Position numbers and translations under genes: made by a program
The notes under the pieces: generated by a model
Seen by the model: the letters and a program-made list of their open reading frames with translations, nothing else
Databases searched by the model: none
Told to the model about the DNA's origin: nothing
Part shown: one piece after another, positions 10,168 to 21,400 of the stretch
How positions within the stretch are numbered: position 1 is the first letter of the stretch
Layout: every line of letters starts with the position of its first letter
DNA from: an uncultured delta proteobacterium
GTDB lineage: Bacteria > Myxococcota > Myxococcia > Myxococcales > Myxococcaceae
Reading direction: 5' to 3'
Assembly (NCBI GenBank): GCA_963776345.1
Contig: CAVZMH010000017.1
Coordinates: forward strand, 224,001 to 288,000
Length of the DNA: 64,000 nucleotides

Positions 10168-10455
10168 ATGGCTGACCCAAAGCTGCCCGAGACGGCGCTG
10201 CAGATCCACATCGACGACGCGATCGCCGACGGGGCCTACGTGAACATGGCCCTGGTGAACCACACCGACTCCGAGTTCACCCTCGACTTCATCTACGTCC
10301 AGCCCCAGCAGCCCAAGGCGCGGGTGAAGGCCCGGGTCATCACCAGCCCGCGGCACATGAAGCGGCTGGTCGCGGCCATGGTGGACAACCTCCAGAAGTA
10401 CGAGGCCAAGTACGGCGTCATCGACGCGGGCGACCCCGGCCTCCCGGTGCACTGA
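10168..10455 (+). CDS. DUF3467 family protein
   Basis: GAYVNMALVNHTDSEFTLDF...ARVITSP.HMKRL...NL.KYE..YG pattern; TGA overlaps the hemF ATG. Confidence 0.85.
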   Translation: MADPKLPETALQIHIDDAIADGAYVNMALVNHTDSEFTLDFIYVQPQQPKARVKARVITSPRHMKRLVAAMVDNLQKYEAKYGVIDAGDPGLPVH

Positions 10456-11360
10456 TGAGGGAAGGCGCGCCGGAGACGGAAGGCGACCTCGGCCGCCGGA
10501 TGACCGAGTACATCGAGGAGCTGCAGCACACCATCTGCTCGGCGATGGAGGCGGAGGACGGCGTCGCGCGGTTCCGCGAGGACGTCTGGGCGCGGCCGGG
10601 CGGCGGCGGCGGGCGGACGCGGGTGCTCGAGGGAGGCAAGGTCTTCGAGAAGGGCGGGGTGAACGTCTCCGCCGTCTGGGGCGAGCTCGAGGAGCAGTTC
10701 GCCCGGCGGCTGCAGGGCGAGGGCCGCCGGTTCTTCGCCGCGGGCCTGAGCCTCATCCTCCACCCGCGCAACCCGCGCGTGCCCACGGTGCACGCCAACT
10801 GGCGCTTCATCCAGCAGGGCGGCAAGGCCTGGTTCGGCGGCGGGGCGGACCTCACCCCGAGCTACCTCTACGAGGAGGACGCGGTGCACTTCCACCGCGT
10901 GCTCCGCGAGGTCTGCGAGCGCCACGAGCCCGGGAGCTACGCCCGCCACAAGGTCGATTGCGATCGCTACTTCTGGATCGCCCACCGGGACGAGGCACGC
11001 GGGGTGGGCGGCATCTTCTTCGAGAACACCGGGAGGCCCCTGGAGAAGGAGTTCGCCTTCGTCCAGGACTGCGGACGGTCGTTCGTGCACGCGTACCTGC
11101 CCATCGTGCAGCGCCGGCGTGACCTGCCGTACTCGGCCGAGCACCGGCGCTGGCAGCTCCTCCGCCGCGGCCGCTACGTCGAGTTCAACCTGGTGTACGA
11201 CCGGGGCACGGTCTTCGGGCTCCAGACGCGCGGACGGGCCGAGAGCATCCTGGTCTCGATGCCGCCCGAGGTGGCGTGGGGGTACGACGTGCAACCCGAG
11301 CCGGGAAGTGACGAGGCGAAGCTGGTAGCCGTCCTCCGCGACCCGCGCGCCTGGGTCTGA
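10455..11360 (+). CDS. hemF: oxygen-dependent coproporphyrinogen III oxidase
   Basis: FEKGGVNVS, HPRNP.VPTVHANWR, WFGGGADLTP, RGVGGIFF, RRGRYVEFNLVYDRGT. Confidence 0.97.
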   Translation: MREGAPETEGDLGRRMTEYIEELQHTICSAMEAEDGVARFREDVWARPGGGGGRTRVLEGGKVFEKGGVNVSAVWGELEEQFARRLQGEGRRFFAAGLSLILHPRNPRVPTVHANWRFIQQGGKAWFGGGADLTPSYLYEEDAVHFHRVLREVCERHEPGSYARHKVDCDRYFWIAHRDEARGVGGIFFENTGRPLEKEFAFVQDCGRSFVHAYLPIVQRRRDLPYSAEHRRWQLLRRGRYVEFNLVYDRGTVFGLQTRGRAESILVSMPPEVAWGYDVQPEPGSDEAKLVAVLRDPRAWV

Positions 11361-11386
11361 CGCTCTGTTACGCTGGTCCTCCCCCG

Positions 11387-12004
11387 GTGCCCATCGACGA
11401 CCACACGCTCGTCCAGCGCGCCCGCTCCGGCGACGAGCGCGCGTTCCGGCTCCTGGTCGAGCGCTACCAGAAGCGGGTCTACGCGGTCGCGCTCGGCATG
11501 GTGAAGGACCGCGAGGAGGCCATGGACGTGGTCCAGGAGGCCTTCGTCAAGGTCTACAAGTCGCTGGAGAGCTTCAAGGCCGATGCGACCTTCTACACCT
11601 GGCTCTACCGGATCACCGTCAACGTCTGCATCGACGTCATCCGCCGGCGCGGAATGATGCGGAGCGACTCGATCGAGTTCGACGAGCGCGTCGGGCACGA
11701 CCTCGCCGAGGCGAACCTGGGCGCCGTGTCGTCGCAGCTGGGGAGCAACCCGGAGAAGGCCGTCCTCCAGCGGGAGCTGGGGGAGAAGATCCAGGCCGCC
11801 CTGGAGCAGATCCCCGAGAAGCACCGCGCCATCCTGTTGCTCCGCGAGCTGGATGGCCTGAGCTACGAGGAGCTCGCGCAAGCCCTCGATATTCCTAAGG
11901 GAACCGTGATGTCTCGGCTCTTCCACGCCCGGGCGAAGGTGCAGAAATTGTTGTCGGAGTCGCTCGGCATCCCGATGCCGGCCGCGGACGAGAAAGACCG
12001 ATGA
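11387..12004 (+). CDS. ECF RNA polymerase sigma factor (RpoE-like)
   Basis: DVVQEAF, FYTWLYRI, region 4 LSYEELA..L.IPKGTVMSRLFHAR. Confidence 0.93.
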   Translation: MPIDDHTLVQRARSGDERAFRLLVERYQKRVYAVALGMVKDREEAMDVVQEAFVKVYKSLESFKADATFYTWLYRITVNVCIDVIRRRGMMRSDSIEFDERVGHDLAEANLGAVSSQLGSNPEKAVLQRELGEKIQAALEQIPEKHRAILLLRELDGLSYEELAQALDIPKGTVMSRLFHARAKVQKLLSESLGIPMPAADEKDR

Positions 12005-12065
12005 CGAAGGGGAAGAATATGAGCCAGGGTGCCTGCGTCCCAGCCTGGAAGGGCCTCCGGTCGTC

Positions 12066-12633
12066 ATGTCGCTGAATCCCACCACTCTCGAGCTGCTCTC
12101 CGCCTACGTGGACGGTGAGCTCACCGCCTCCCAGCAGGAGACGGTGGAGCGCGCCCTCGCCGCGGACCCCCGCCTGCAGGCTGTCGAGCGGTCGATGCGC
12201 GGCCTCGGCGCGGCGGTGCGGTCGCTCTCCGAGGCCGAGGGCGCCCGGGCCGACTTCTCGGGCCTGGCGGATCGGGTGCTGAGCCGGGTGTCGCGCCGGC
12301 CGGGCCTCCTCGAGCGGTTCCGCGAGAGCTGGCGCCGTCCCTGGTTGCCCATCGGCGGGCTGGTGGCCGTCGCCGCGGCAGCGTTCTTCGCCTTTCGCCC
12401 CGTCGTGACGGTGCCCACCGCGCCCAGGCGTGGTGGTCCAGTCGGCGAGCGCGGACGCACCCGCGCAGCTGCAGACGGTCGTGCACAAGACCGAGTCGGG
12501 CGACGCCATCATCTGGCTGGTCGAGCATCCGGATGCATCCGGGGCTCACCGGCCCACCGCGCTCCAGCCCGACAAGCCGGGCATCCAGGCGCCCGTCCCC
12601 GCACAGCAGAGGCCCCGCGCGGGGGAGCTGTGA
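12066..12633 (+). CDS. membrane anti-sigma factor, frameshifted near 12425
   Basis: LLSAYVDGEL N-terminal anti-sigma motif and one TM; continues in the +1 frame (VVVQSAS...RPRAGEL*), whose stop overlaps the next GTG. Confidence 0.75.
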
Positions 12634-13040
12634 CCGCGCTTGCCGGCGTGGTCTCGCTCGGAGTGGCCGCGGTGCTCGCCGCCGGGCCGGTCAAGGTCGA
12701 CGTCCAGGTGGTGCACGCCTCCAACGGTGACCCTCACGTGGACCCCGGACTGGAGAAGATGCGCCAGGGCTTCGAGAAGGCCGGGCTGCGCTTCACCACC
12801 TACCGGCGGGTCTCCCAGCAGACGGTGAGCCTCAGCCCGGGCAAGCCGTCCGAGGTCGCGCTGCCCGGGAAGACCGCGATCCTGACGCTCCAGCCCGGTG
12901 AGCATCCGCGCCCCCAGGTCGCGGTCGTCGTTCCCCCGCTCCACACCACGGTGGAGCTCGGGACGGACGCCTCGGCCTTCCTGCAGGCCGGTCCGCCCGA
13001 GAACGGGCAGCTGTTCCTGGTGCTCACGGCGAAGAAGTAG
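12630..13040 (+). CDS. hypothetical secreted protein in ECF operon
   Basis: GTGA overlap with the anti-sigma stop; signal peptide then VKVDVQVVHASN... Confidence 0.7.
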   Translation: MTALAGVVSLGVAAVLAAGPVKVDVQVVHASNGDPHVDPGLEKMRQGFEKAGLRFTTYRRVSQQTVSLSPGKPSEVALPGKTAILTLQPGEHPRPQVAVVVPPLHTTVELGTDASAFLQAGPPENGQLFLVLTAKK

Positions 13041-13092
13041 TTCGCGGTCTCGTGGCGCGGCGGGGCGGGTCGAGCATTGTTGCTCCGACCTC

Positions 13093-13815
13093 ATGTGCAC
13101 GCTGGTCCTCGTCGTCCCTCCCCCGGGCGGAGTCCTGCAGGTCGCCGCCAACCGTGACGAGTTCCTGTCGCGGCCGGCGAGCGCCCCCGAGCCCTCGGCC
13201 GACGGGCGCTGGCTCGCCCCGCGTGACCTCCAGGCCGGCGGGACCTGGCTGGGCGTCAACGCCGCCGGGCTCTTCGTCGGGGTGACGAACCGGTCGGCGG
13301 GCCCGCGCGACACGTCCCGGCGTTCGCGGGGGCTCCTGGTGCTGGACGCGCTCGAGTCGCCGGACGCGGCGGGCCTGCACCGCCGGCTCGGGACGCTGGA
13401 CCCGGCGGCCTACAACGGGTTCCACCTCGCCTACGCCGACGGGAGCTCGGCCGGGCTGACCTGGAGCGACGGGAGCGTGCTGCGGCAGGAGCGGCTCGGT
13501 CCCGGGGTCCACGTCCTCACCGAGCAGAGCCTCGGAGCCGGCGACGACGGCGCGCGGCGGCGGCTGGTCGAGGAGCGGGTCGGGGCGGAAGGCGTGCTCG
13601 GCGTCGAGGGCTGGCTCGCGCTCCTCTCCCGGCACGAGCCGCGGGCCGGGACCTGCGTGCACGCCGACGCGGTGGGGTACGGGACCCGTTCGGCCTTCGT
13701 GCTGCACCGGGCGCCGTCCGTGGCCGGGAGCGTCTGCGCCTGGACCGAGTCGCGCCCCTGCACCACCGCCGCCCGCGAGGGGACCGCGCTCCTCCGCGCG
13801 GTTGGCCGCTGGTAG
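13093..13815 (+). CDS. NRDE/TANGO2 family protein
   Basis: Starts MCTL; AANRDEF, PRDLQAGGTWLGVN, SRG.LV, YGTRS. Confidence 0.92.
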   Translation: MCTLVLVVPPPGGVLQVAANRDEFLSRPASAPEPSADGRWLAPRDLQAGGTWLGVNAAGLFVGVTNRSAGPRDTSRRSRGLLVLDALESPDAAGLHRRLGTLDPAAYNGFHLAYADGSSAGLTWSDGSVLRQERLGPGVHVLTEQSLGAGDDGARRRLVEERVGAEGVLGVEGWLALLSRHEPRAGTCVHADAVGYGTRSAFVLHRAPSVAGSVCAWTESRPCTTAAREGTALLRAVGRW

Positions 13816-13840
13816 CCTCGCCCCGGGGCGCCGCCCGCTT

Positions 13841-14245
13841 TCAGGAGATCGAGGCGCTGCCCAGCGAGTCGGCCCGGGCGTCCGGCTGAGCGCGCGCCGC
13901 GCGCTTGTCGAGCTCGGAGCAGACCCGGTCGACGAAGTGGACGATGTCCCACGGCTTGCGGAGCACGCTGATGCCACCGAACGACGAGCGGGAGGTGGGT
14001 CCGCTCGTCACCAGGAGGCAGGCCACCTCCGGGAAGTGCGCGCCCACCGCGCCGAGCAGCAGGTCGCCACGGGCGTCCTCCAGCTGGACGTCCGAGACCA
14101 CCAGGTCGGGCCGCTCGGTCATCAGCCGGTCCATCGCCTCGTGGGCCGACCCCACCGAGTCCACCTCGTACCCACGCCGGACGAGCCCGTGACGCATCAG
14201 GGCAAGAACCGCCGGGTCGTCCTGGATGATGAGCACGCGAGGCAT
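13841..14245 (-). CDS. stand-alone response regulator receiver protein
   Basis: RVLIIQDD, PDLVVSD (phospho-Asp), LVTS, LRKPW. Confidence 0.8.
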   Translation of the reverse strand: MPRVLIIQDDPAVLALMRHGLVRRGYEVDSVGSAHEAMDRLMTERPDLVVSDVQLEDARGDLLLGAVGAHFPEVACLLVTSGPTSRSSFGGISVLRKPWDIVHFVDRVCSELDKRAARAQPDARADSLGSASIS

Positions 14246-14419
14246 CGGGTCGGACACTCCTCTACGGAAAGCGCGGAGCACCTTGCCCTACCCGGCCTCT
14301 CTGCGTCAGTAACGGAATCAACGACCGACTTACCTGATTGAACTCCGTCCTAGAGCCTGAGCGCACGCATGTACGCTCGGTCAGTAGGCGATCGAACGAG
14401 CCGCTCACATGTTCCCGGC

Positions 14420-14460
14420 CGAGGTGCCCGGTCGAGGTGCCGAGGTGCCAAACACCTCGT
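14420..14460. repeat. palindromic REP-like repeat locus B
   Basis: CGAGGTGC x3; the last pairs with CACCTCG (CGAGGTGCCAAACACCTCG). Confidence 0.7.
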
Positions 14461-14610
14461 TACCCGAACGGAGCCCCAGGGGACCCTCCAAGCTCGAAGA
14501 TGGTTCGTTCGATGAGGCAACCATTCTCGCGAAATCGTTCGATGATCGAAGGAATTATTTCGAGGCCCCTCGTGAGCGGGCATTCCCATTGAGGGGTCCG
14601 CCGCTCACGT

Positions 14611-14697
14611 CAGCGAGAGGTGTCCAGCGAGAGGTGTCAGACACCTCGTAACCGGACACCTCGTAACCGGACACCTCGTAACCGACACCGCGTGACC
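14611..14697. repeat. palindromic REP-like repeat locus C with tandem half-site duplications
   Basis: CAGCGAGAGGTGTC x2, central A, GACACCTCGTAACC(G) x3, plus a degenerate fourth unit. Confidence 0.85.
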
Positions 14698-14734
14698 GGC
14701 ACATCGCGAGGGGACCCCGTGAGGGTCCGGGCCC

Positions 14735-16144
14735 TCACGTCGACGCCGCTCGGACGCCGGGAGGGCCTCGGGGCTCGACGTGGACGGGGAGCCCGCCCCG
14801 GGGCCTCAGCGTCACGCCGGGCTCCGGTACCACGGGCCCTGTCTGGACGGGCACGAAGCGCCACCGGGCGGCGAGCGTGGCCAGCACGAGCATCGCCTCG
14901 TTCCAGGCGAAGCCCTCGCCGATGCAGGCCCGGGTCCCGGCCCCGAAGCCGATGAAGGCGTGACGATGCCGGGAGGCACGGGCCTCGGCGGTCCAGCGGC
15001 CAGGGTCCACGCGCTCGGGGTCGGGCCAGAAGCGCGCGTCGCGGTGCAGGACCCACGGGCAGAGCACGGCGATGGTGCCCGGCGGGAGCGCCGTCCCGTC
15101 GGTCAGCGGGAGCGGCTCGAGGACGCGCCGGCCGATGACCCAGGCGGGGGGGAAGAGCCGGAGCGACTCGCCGACGACCCCGCGGGTGACGGGGAGCGAC
15201 TCGAGGTCCTCGGCGATCGGCAGCCGACCGGCCAGCACGCGGTCCAGCTCGGCGTGCAGCGCCTGCTCCACCCCGGGGTGCGTGGCGAGCAGGTGGAACG
15301 CCCAGGTGAGGGCCAGGGCGGTGGTCTCGTGGCCGGCGAGAAGGAGGGTCATGACCTCGTCACGCACCGCCCGGTCGTCGAAGGCGCCTGCCTCGCGCGC
15401 CTCGAGCAGCGTCCCGAGCAGGTCGTCGTGTCCGGGTCCGCCGTGCCGGGCCACCAGGGAGGACACGGCCGCCTCGAGCTCGGTGCGGGCCGCCTTGAAC
15501 CGGCGGGTGCGGGGCAGCGGGAGAGCGAGGAGAAGTCCGCCGAGGGGAAGCGAGAGGCTCCGGAACGCGCCCAGCGCCTCGGTGAGCGCGTCGCCGATGC
15601 GGCTCGCCTCCGGGGTGAGGTCCGCGCCGAAGAGCGCCTCGGCGACGATGCCAAGGGTGAGCTGCATCATGGTGCGAGCCAGATCGACGGTCTCGCCCGC
15701 GCGGAGGGCGTCCGAGCAGGCACGCGCCTGGCGCACCATGCCGGGCACGTACCGGAGCAGCTCGTCGCGGTGGAACGCCGGCTGGATGCGGCGGCGGTGC
15801 TCCAGGTGCACCGCGCCCTCGCTGGTGAGGAGCCCGTCGCCGAGCAGCACCCGGGTGCTCCGGAGCGCGGGTCCCTTCTCGACCTTCGAGGCGTGAGTCA
15901 GGAGGACGTCGCGCACGTGGTCCGGGTGGCCGAGCAGGACCAGGCGCCGCCCCGGCACGCGGAACCACGCCTGATCGCCGCGCTCCTCGTGGATGCGGGT
16001 GAAGAACCCGAGCGCGTCCCTGCGCAGGTTCAGGAAGTCGCGCCCGGGGAGCCGGAGATGCCGTCCCCGCCGTGAGCGCGCCTCTGGAGCGACGTCGCGG
16101 TCCGCGGCGTCCGGGGTCCGGGGCGATGGTCGAGAGGCGCGCAT
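14735..16144 (-). CDS. cytochrome P450
   Basis: GDGLLTSEG, I-helix LAGHETT, ExxR (ESLR), heme motif FGAGTRACIG. Confidence 0.95.
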   Translation of the reverse strand: MRASRPSPRTPDAADRDVAPEARSRRGRHLRLPGRDFLNLRRDALGFFTRIHEERGDQAWFRVPGRRLVLLGHPDHVRDVLLTHASKVEKGPALRSTRVLLGDGLLTSEGAVHLEHRRRIQPAFHRDELLRYVPGMVRQARACSDALRAGETVDLARTMMQLTLGIVAEALFGADLTPEASRIGDALTEALGAFRSLSLPLGGLLLALPLPRTRRFKAARTELEAAVSSLVARHGGPGHDDLLGTLLEAREAGAFDDRAVRDEVMTLLLAGHETTALALTWAFHLLATHPGVEQALHAELDRVLAGRLPIAEDLESLPVTRGVVGESLRLFPPAWVIGRRVLEPLPLTDGTALPPGTIAVLCPWVLHRDARFWPDPERVDPGRWTAEARASRHRHAFIGFGAGTRACIGEGFAWNEAMLVLATLAARWRFVPVQTGPVVPEPGVTLRPRGGLPVHVEPRGPPGVRAAST

Positions 16145-16223
16145 GGCCGGTTGACCGGGATCAACGACGCGCCCGTGCCCCCGGTGGCAAGTGGCGGACA
16201 GGGCACGTCGACCCGGCCGCGGC

Positions 16224-16273
16224 GGGCAGGGTGCCAGGGCAGGGTGCCAGACACCTCGTGACCACCTCGTGAC
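16224..16273. repeat. palindromic REP-like repeat locus D
   Basis: GGGCAGGGTGCCA x2, GA, CACCTCGTGAC x2. Confidence 0.75.
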
Positions 16274-16457
16274 CGAAGTGCTCGGCCAGGGCTTCTCCAG
16301 GCGGCGGCGCTGCCGTTCCTCGTGCGCTGAGGCCCGCTCCCGCGGCCCGAGGTCGCCGAGCCAGCGCCCCTCGACCGGACCGGCACCGCCGGCCGTCCGA
16401 CGGAGGGAGTCGAGCCCTCGGATCGGCGCGCGGACTTCCCGAAGCGCCGGGAGCCCG

Positions 16458-18258
16458 TCAGTTCGTCTTCGTCGCGGGCGCGGGGCGGCTCGCGGCGGCG
16501 CGGGCCTTCTCGGCGGGGACGAACTCCTCCATGACCGCGCGGAGCCGTAGGTCGGGCGGCAGCAGCCCCTGGGCGAGGATGAAGTCGTGGAAGCGCTGGC
16601 GGTCAAGCCGTCCGCCCAGCGCCAGCTCCGCCCGCTGCCGCGTCTCGAGCATCGACTGGTAGCCGATGAAGTACGACGTCGCCTGCCCCGGGGCGCGGAA
16701 GGTGTACCGGTCGACCTCCTGCTTGGCCATGCCCTCCGAGAGCACCACCTCCTCCATCAGGACCCGCCGTGCCTCCTCGGGCGAGATCTGGCCGAGGTTG
16801 AGCATCGGATCGAGGAACGCCCGGGCCGCGCGCAGCATCCGGTGCTGCAGCGAGACCAGCTGGCCGTCGAGGGGCAGGTACGGCTTCATCTCCGACTCGG
16901 CGTAGAGCGCCCAGCCCTCGATGTTGGCGCTGTTGAAGGCGAACACCGCCCGGGCGATGGACACCCCGTTCTCGACCATCCGGGTGAACTGCAGCTCGTG
17001 GCCCGGCCGGGCCTCGTGCACGGTCAGGGTCCAGGTCGCCGCGTCGAAGGTGAAGTCGTCGGTCCGGAGGTCCTTCTGACCGGGTGCGCCGGGCGTGGCC
17101 AGCGGGAGGACGAACTCGCCGTACTCGCCGGTGTTGCCGATGAGCCGGGGCGGGTTCATGTGCGGTGCGGGCTGCATCGCCGACTCCGCCTCGGACGAGA
17201 GGCGGATGACCGCCTTCCGCGCGGGAAGCGTGACCAGGTGCTCGCGCCGGGCGATGTCCTCCAGGGCGGCGAGCCTCCTGGCGTACAGCGGGAGGACGGA
17301 CGCGTTCGCGATCTGCTGCTTCTTCAGCGCGCGGAGCACGGCGCGGTAGTCGCTCCCCGTTGGGAAGGTTCCGCGCCTTCGCCACCAGCGGCGCGAGGGC
17401 GTTCATCTCGTTGCGGATCTCGGCGAAGGACACCAGCGCCGCCCGCAGCACCGCCTCCGGCGGCGCGTTCACCCCGAAGCTGCGGAGGTACACCGCGTAG
17501 AGCTCCGGTGGGAGCCGATTGTCCGTCCGCGACCTGGGGAGGATCTCCGCCGTGACCCAGCGGTCGTACGCTTCCACCTGCTCGCCGAGCTTGGCCAGCG
17601 CCGGCTCGTAGCCGGTCAGACCGGACTTCTTGAACAGCTCGCCGATGCCCCCCACCAGACGCTTGCTGTCCGCGAGGGCCTGCTCCACCTCGGGGCGGAA
17701 GGGCCCCAGCAGCTTCTTGTCCCCGAACCGCTCGGTGGTCCGAGCCCTGGCCAGCTCGGTGAGCGGCGTGCTGCCGGGCTCGAGGCCGGCATAGCGGCGG
17801 AGGCGGACCAGCGCCGCGGCTTGGCGCTCCTTCGGGATGCGCGGGTCCAGCAGGGCGAAGATGCCTCCGAACGCCGCGCGCGCCGGCGCGAAGAAGGGCA
17901 GGAGCAGCGCCTCCTCCAGCTTGCCCTCCTCGATCTTCCGGTGTGCGTCGTCGATGAGGATCTGGATGTCCTCGCGCACCTTCGGGTCGCGGGTCGCGGG
18001 GAGCTTCGCCTCGAGGTCCTTCGCCGCGCTCTCCAGGGCCGCTCGGTAGCGCTCGCCGAACCCCGGCCCGAGGTCGACGACCTTGTCGTCCACGCCCTCC
18101 ACCCCGAGCCTCTGGGCGCCCTCGGGAGCGAACTGGGCGATCACCCGAAGCATCGGCTGGGCCGCGGCGTCGCTCTCGCGGACCCAGTCCGGCACCGGCG
18201 CGGCGAGCGCCGAGGTGGCGAGGAGCAGGACGACGAGAGGCCAGGACCGGACGCGCAT
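16458..18258 (-). CDS. DUF885 family secreted protein, frameshifted near 17357
   Basis: Signal MRVRSWPLVVLLLATSALA; C-terminal HEARPGHELQ, EGWALYAE, RY...PGQATSY, FHDFIL; one extra base in the C4 run at 17355-17358. Confidence 0.85.
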
Positions 18259-18407
18259 GGGAGCTCCAGGACGATGGGGGTGGAGGGGGGTTCTGGTGGA
18301 AAGGCCGGCGTTTCGCCAGGGGAGAGGAGGGAACGACGCCCGCCGTACGCCGGACTGGGCCGAGCCATTGCCCCAGACTCGCCGCAAATGCAGCGGGCCG
18401 CCGCTGC

Positions 18408-21400
18408 TCAGGGCGCGACGCTGAACTCCGCGGCCGTGGCGTTGATGGTGGTGCTGAAGTCCATCGAGTAGCCGAAGCTGAGCGGCGCGAGGCTCGACCC
18501 GTTGTAGTAGGTGGACATCGCGTTGGCGTTGTCGAAGGTGTCCTGGTCGGTCTTGCTCGGGTAGCCGACGGCGAGGAAGGCGGCCCCGGCCGGGCTGGTC
18601 CCGGTGAGGATGGGGCCGATCCCCGTCCCCGCGTAGTTGAGGATCAGGCTGCCCTGCTTCTTCGGCGTGATGGCGCAGGTTCCCGTCCAGCTCGTCCCCT
18701 TGACGGTGACCGGATAGGTGACCGTCTGCTGAAGAGGCGAGGTCGGGTCCGCACCGGAGACGTCGAACACGAAGTAGCTGGTGTTGGCCGGGAGCCCACT
18801 CACCGGGAACGAGATGACGTTGGCCGGGTCCGGCGTGACGTTCTTCGCGTAGGCCACTGCCGAGACCGGCGCACTGTTGCCGACGACGGGGAGCGCCCAG
18901 GTGTTGCCCGTGGTGTCCGAGGGCGCCGACCGGAGCACGCCCTCGTCCTCGATCACCACGGTCAGATTGCCGGTCGTGGGGAACGGCACCCGGTACGTCG
19001 ACACGGTGATGTTGATCTGGGTGAAGACCTGCACCTTGTTGATGTGGATCCCGGCCGCCGGCACCGTCCCCGCGCCAGGAGAGGCCTTGAGCTCCAGCGC
19101 CCAGGTGTTGGCGGCGTGACTCCCCGTGGTGGTGAAGCTCGGGGTGATGCTCCCGCCCGGAGCGAGCCGCCACTGGAGCGCGTACCAGTTCATCGACTGG
19201 TCGGAGCTGTCGCCCCCCGCGAAGTCGGCATGCAGCAGCGTCCATCCCGAGCCCGCGGTGATGGAGGTGACCGGGGTCCCGAGCCCCAGGAGGGCGCTGG
19301 CGTCGAGTCCGTACTGCAGCACGAGGCTCCCCGCGGCGGGTGAGAGCGCCGGCGCGGTGACGGTGGGCGCGGCGGCGGTGTGGGACTGGGAGGTGACGCC
19401 GACCGCCGAGGTCGAGGCGATGCCCGAGAGCTCCAGCACCATGAGCTTCACGTTCTCGTCCATGGCCGCGAGGTCGAGCGTGAACTTGCTGCCGCCGCCG
19501 TTGATGTTGGGGAGGACGTACACGCTGGAGAGCGTGCCGCTCGTGCCGTGATCCGCGCTCACCGCAGGCGTGGTGGGCCAGCTGTTCCCGGCGTCGTCCA
19601 CCAGAGAGCTGACCGAGTTCCCGTGCGTCATGTCGATGATCACCACCACGCAGTTTCCGGCGCCCCAGGTGTTCGGGACGGCGAAGGTGTAGTGCGAGGC
19701 GCGCAGGCCTCGGGCCTGGACGTTCGCGCCATAGGCGAAGCTCTGCACCAGCGCCGGGGGCGCGGTCCCTCCGGCCCGGGGGGTCACGGGCGCGGACGGA
19801 CTGCTGGCCGGCCCGGTCCCGACCGCGTTCACCGCCGCGACCGTGAAGGTGTAGGCCGTCCCGTTGACGAGCCCGGTCACCGTGGCGCTCGTGCCATTCA
19901 CGACCACCTGCGCCGCGGAGCCGGAGGGCTGATGGCGACGATGTAACCGGTCACGGGCTTCCCCCGTTGCTCGCGGGCGCCGTCCATGACAGCGACGCCG
20001 ATTGGTCGCCCGCGCTGGGGACGACGTTCGTCGGCGCGCCGGGGACGGTCGGAGTCGTCACCGGGTTGCTCAGGGCGGACGGGCCCGTCCCGCTGGCATT
20101 GAAGGCCGCCACCGCGAAGCTGTAGGTCGCTCCGCTGGCGAGCCCGGTGACCGTCGCCCTGGTGCCGGTGATGCTGACGCTCGCCGGCGGGGTGGGCGCC
20201 GGAAGCACGTTGACCGTGTAGCCCTGGATCGCGCTGGTGCCGCTGGAGGTCGGCGCCGTCCAGCTCACCGTGGCCCCGCCGACGCCGGGCGTCGCCGTGA
20301 CGTTGTTCGGAGCGGACGGAGTTCCAGGCGGAAGCGCCATCGGTGTCACTGGCGACGACGGGGAGCTCTGCGGCCCGGTCCCGACCGCGTTCACCGCCGC
20401 GACCGTGAAGGTGTAGGCCGTCCCGTTGACGAGCCCGGTCACCGTGGCGCTCGTGCCATTCACGACCACCTGCGCCTGCGGAGCCGGAGGGCTGATGGCG
20501 ACGACGTAACCCGTCACCGGGCTTCCCCCATTGCTCGCGGGCGCCGTCCATGACAGCGACGCCGATTGGTCGCCCGCGCTGGGGACGACGTTCGTCGGCG
20601 CGCCGGGGACGGTCGGAGTCGTCACCGGGTTGCTCAGGGCGGGCGGGCCCGTCCCGCTGGCATTGAAGGCCGCCACCGCGAAGCTGTAGGTCGCTCCGCT
20701 GGCGAGCCCGGTGACCGTCGCCGTGGTGCCGGTGATGCTGACGCTCGCCGGCGGGCCGGGCGCCGGAAGCACGCTGACCGTGTAGCCCTGGATCGCGCTG
20801 GTGCCGCTGGAGGTCGGCGCCGTCCAGCTCACCGTGGCCCTGCCGACGCCGGGCGTCGCCGTGACGTTGTTCGGAGCGGACGGAGTTCCAGGCGGAAGCG
20901 CCATCGGTGTCACTGGCGACGACGGGGAGCTCTGCGGACCGGTCCCGACCGCGTTCACCGCCGCGACCGTGAAGGTGTAGGCCGTCCCGTTGACGAGCCC
21001 GGTCACCGTGGCGCTCGTGCCGTTCACGACCACCTGTGCCGACGCGGTCGAGGGAGTGACGACGACGGTGTACCCGGTGACGGGCCGTCCCCCCGTCGCC
21101 GTGGGCGCAACCCAGGTCAGGGAGGCGGTCTGGTCGCCCGCGACCGCGACGACCCCCGTGGGCGCGCCGGGAACGTCAGGTGTCGTGATGGCATTGCTCG
21201 GAGCCGAGGATGGACCTGCTCCGACCGCGTTGAACGCCGAGACGGTGAAGGTGTACGTCGTCCCGTTGGCCAGCCCGCTGACGGACGCCGTCGTCCCGGT
21301 GATGGTCACCGCGGCCGCGGGCGTCGCGGGCGAGATCTCCACGCGATAGCCCAGGAGCGCGCTGCCGCCGTCGGAGGAGGGGGCGGTCCAGACGAGGGTG

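Noticed and set aside
10167..10170. Overlapping divergent ATGs (CCATGG) for the esterase and DUF3467 genes
   Set aside because: Would leave no promoter space; GTG at 10103 gives a normal-length esterase
12066..13040. Anti-sigma fused to the downstream protein as a real 324-aa gene
   Set aside because: The linker is Arg/Gly-rich nonsense, while the +1 frame gives a plausible C-terminus and a GTGA overlap; better explained by a frameshift
14640..14697. Short direct repeats as a CRISPR array
   Set aside because: Units are 14-15 bp, contiguous, with no unique spacers and no cas genes in the window
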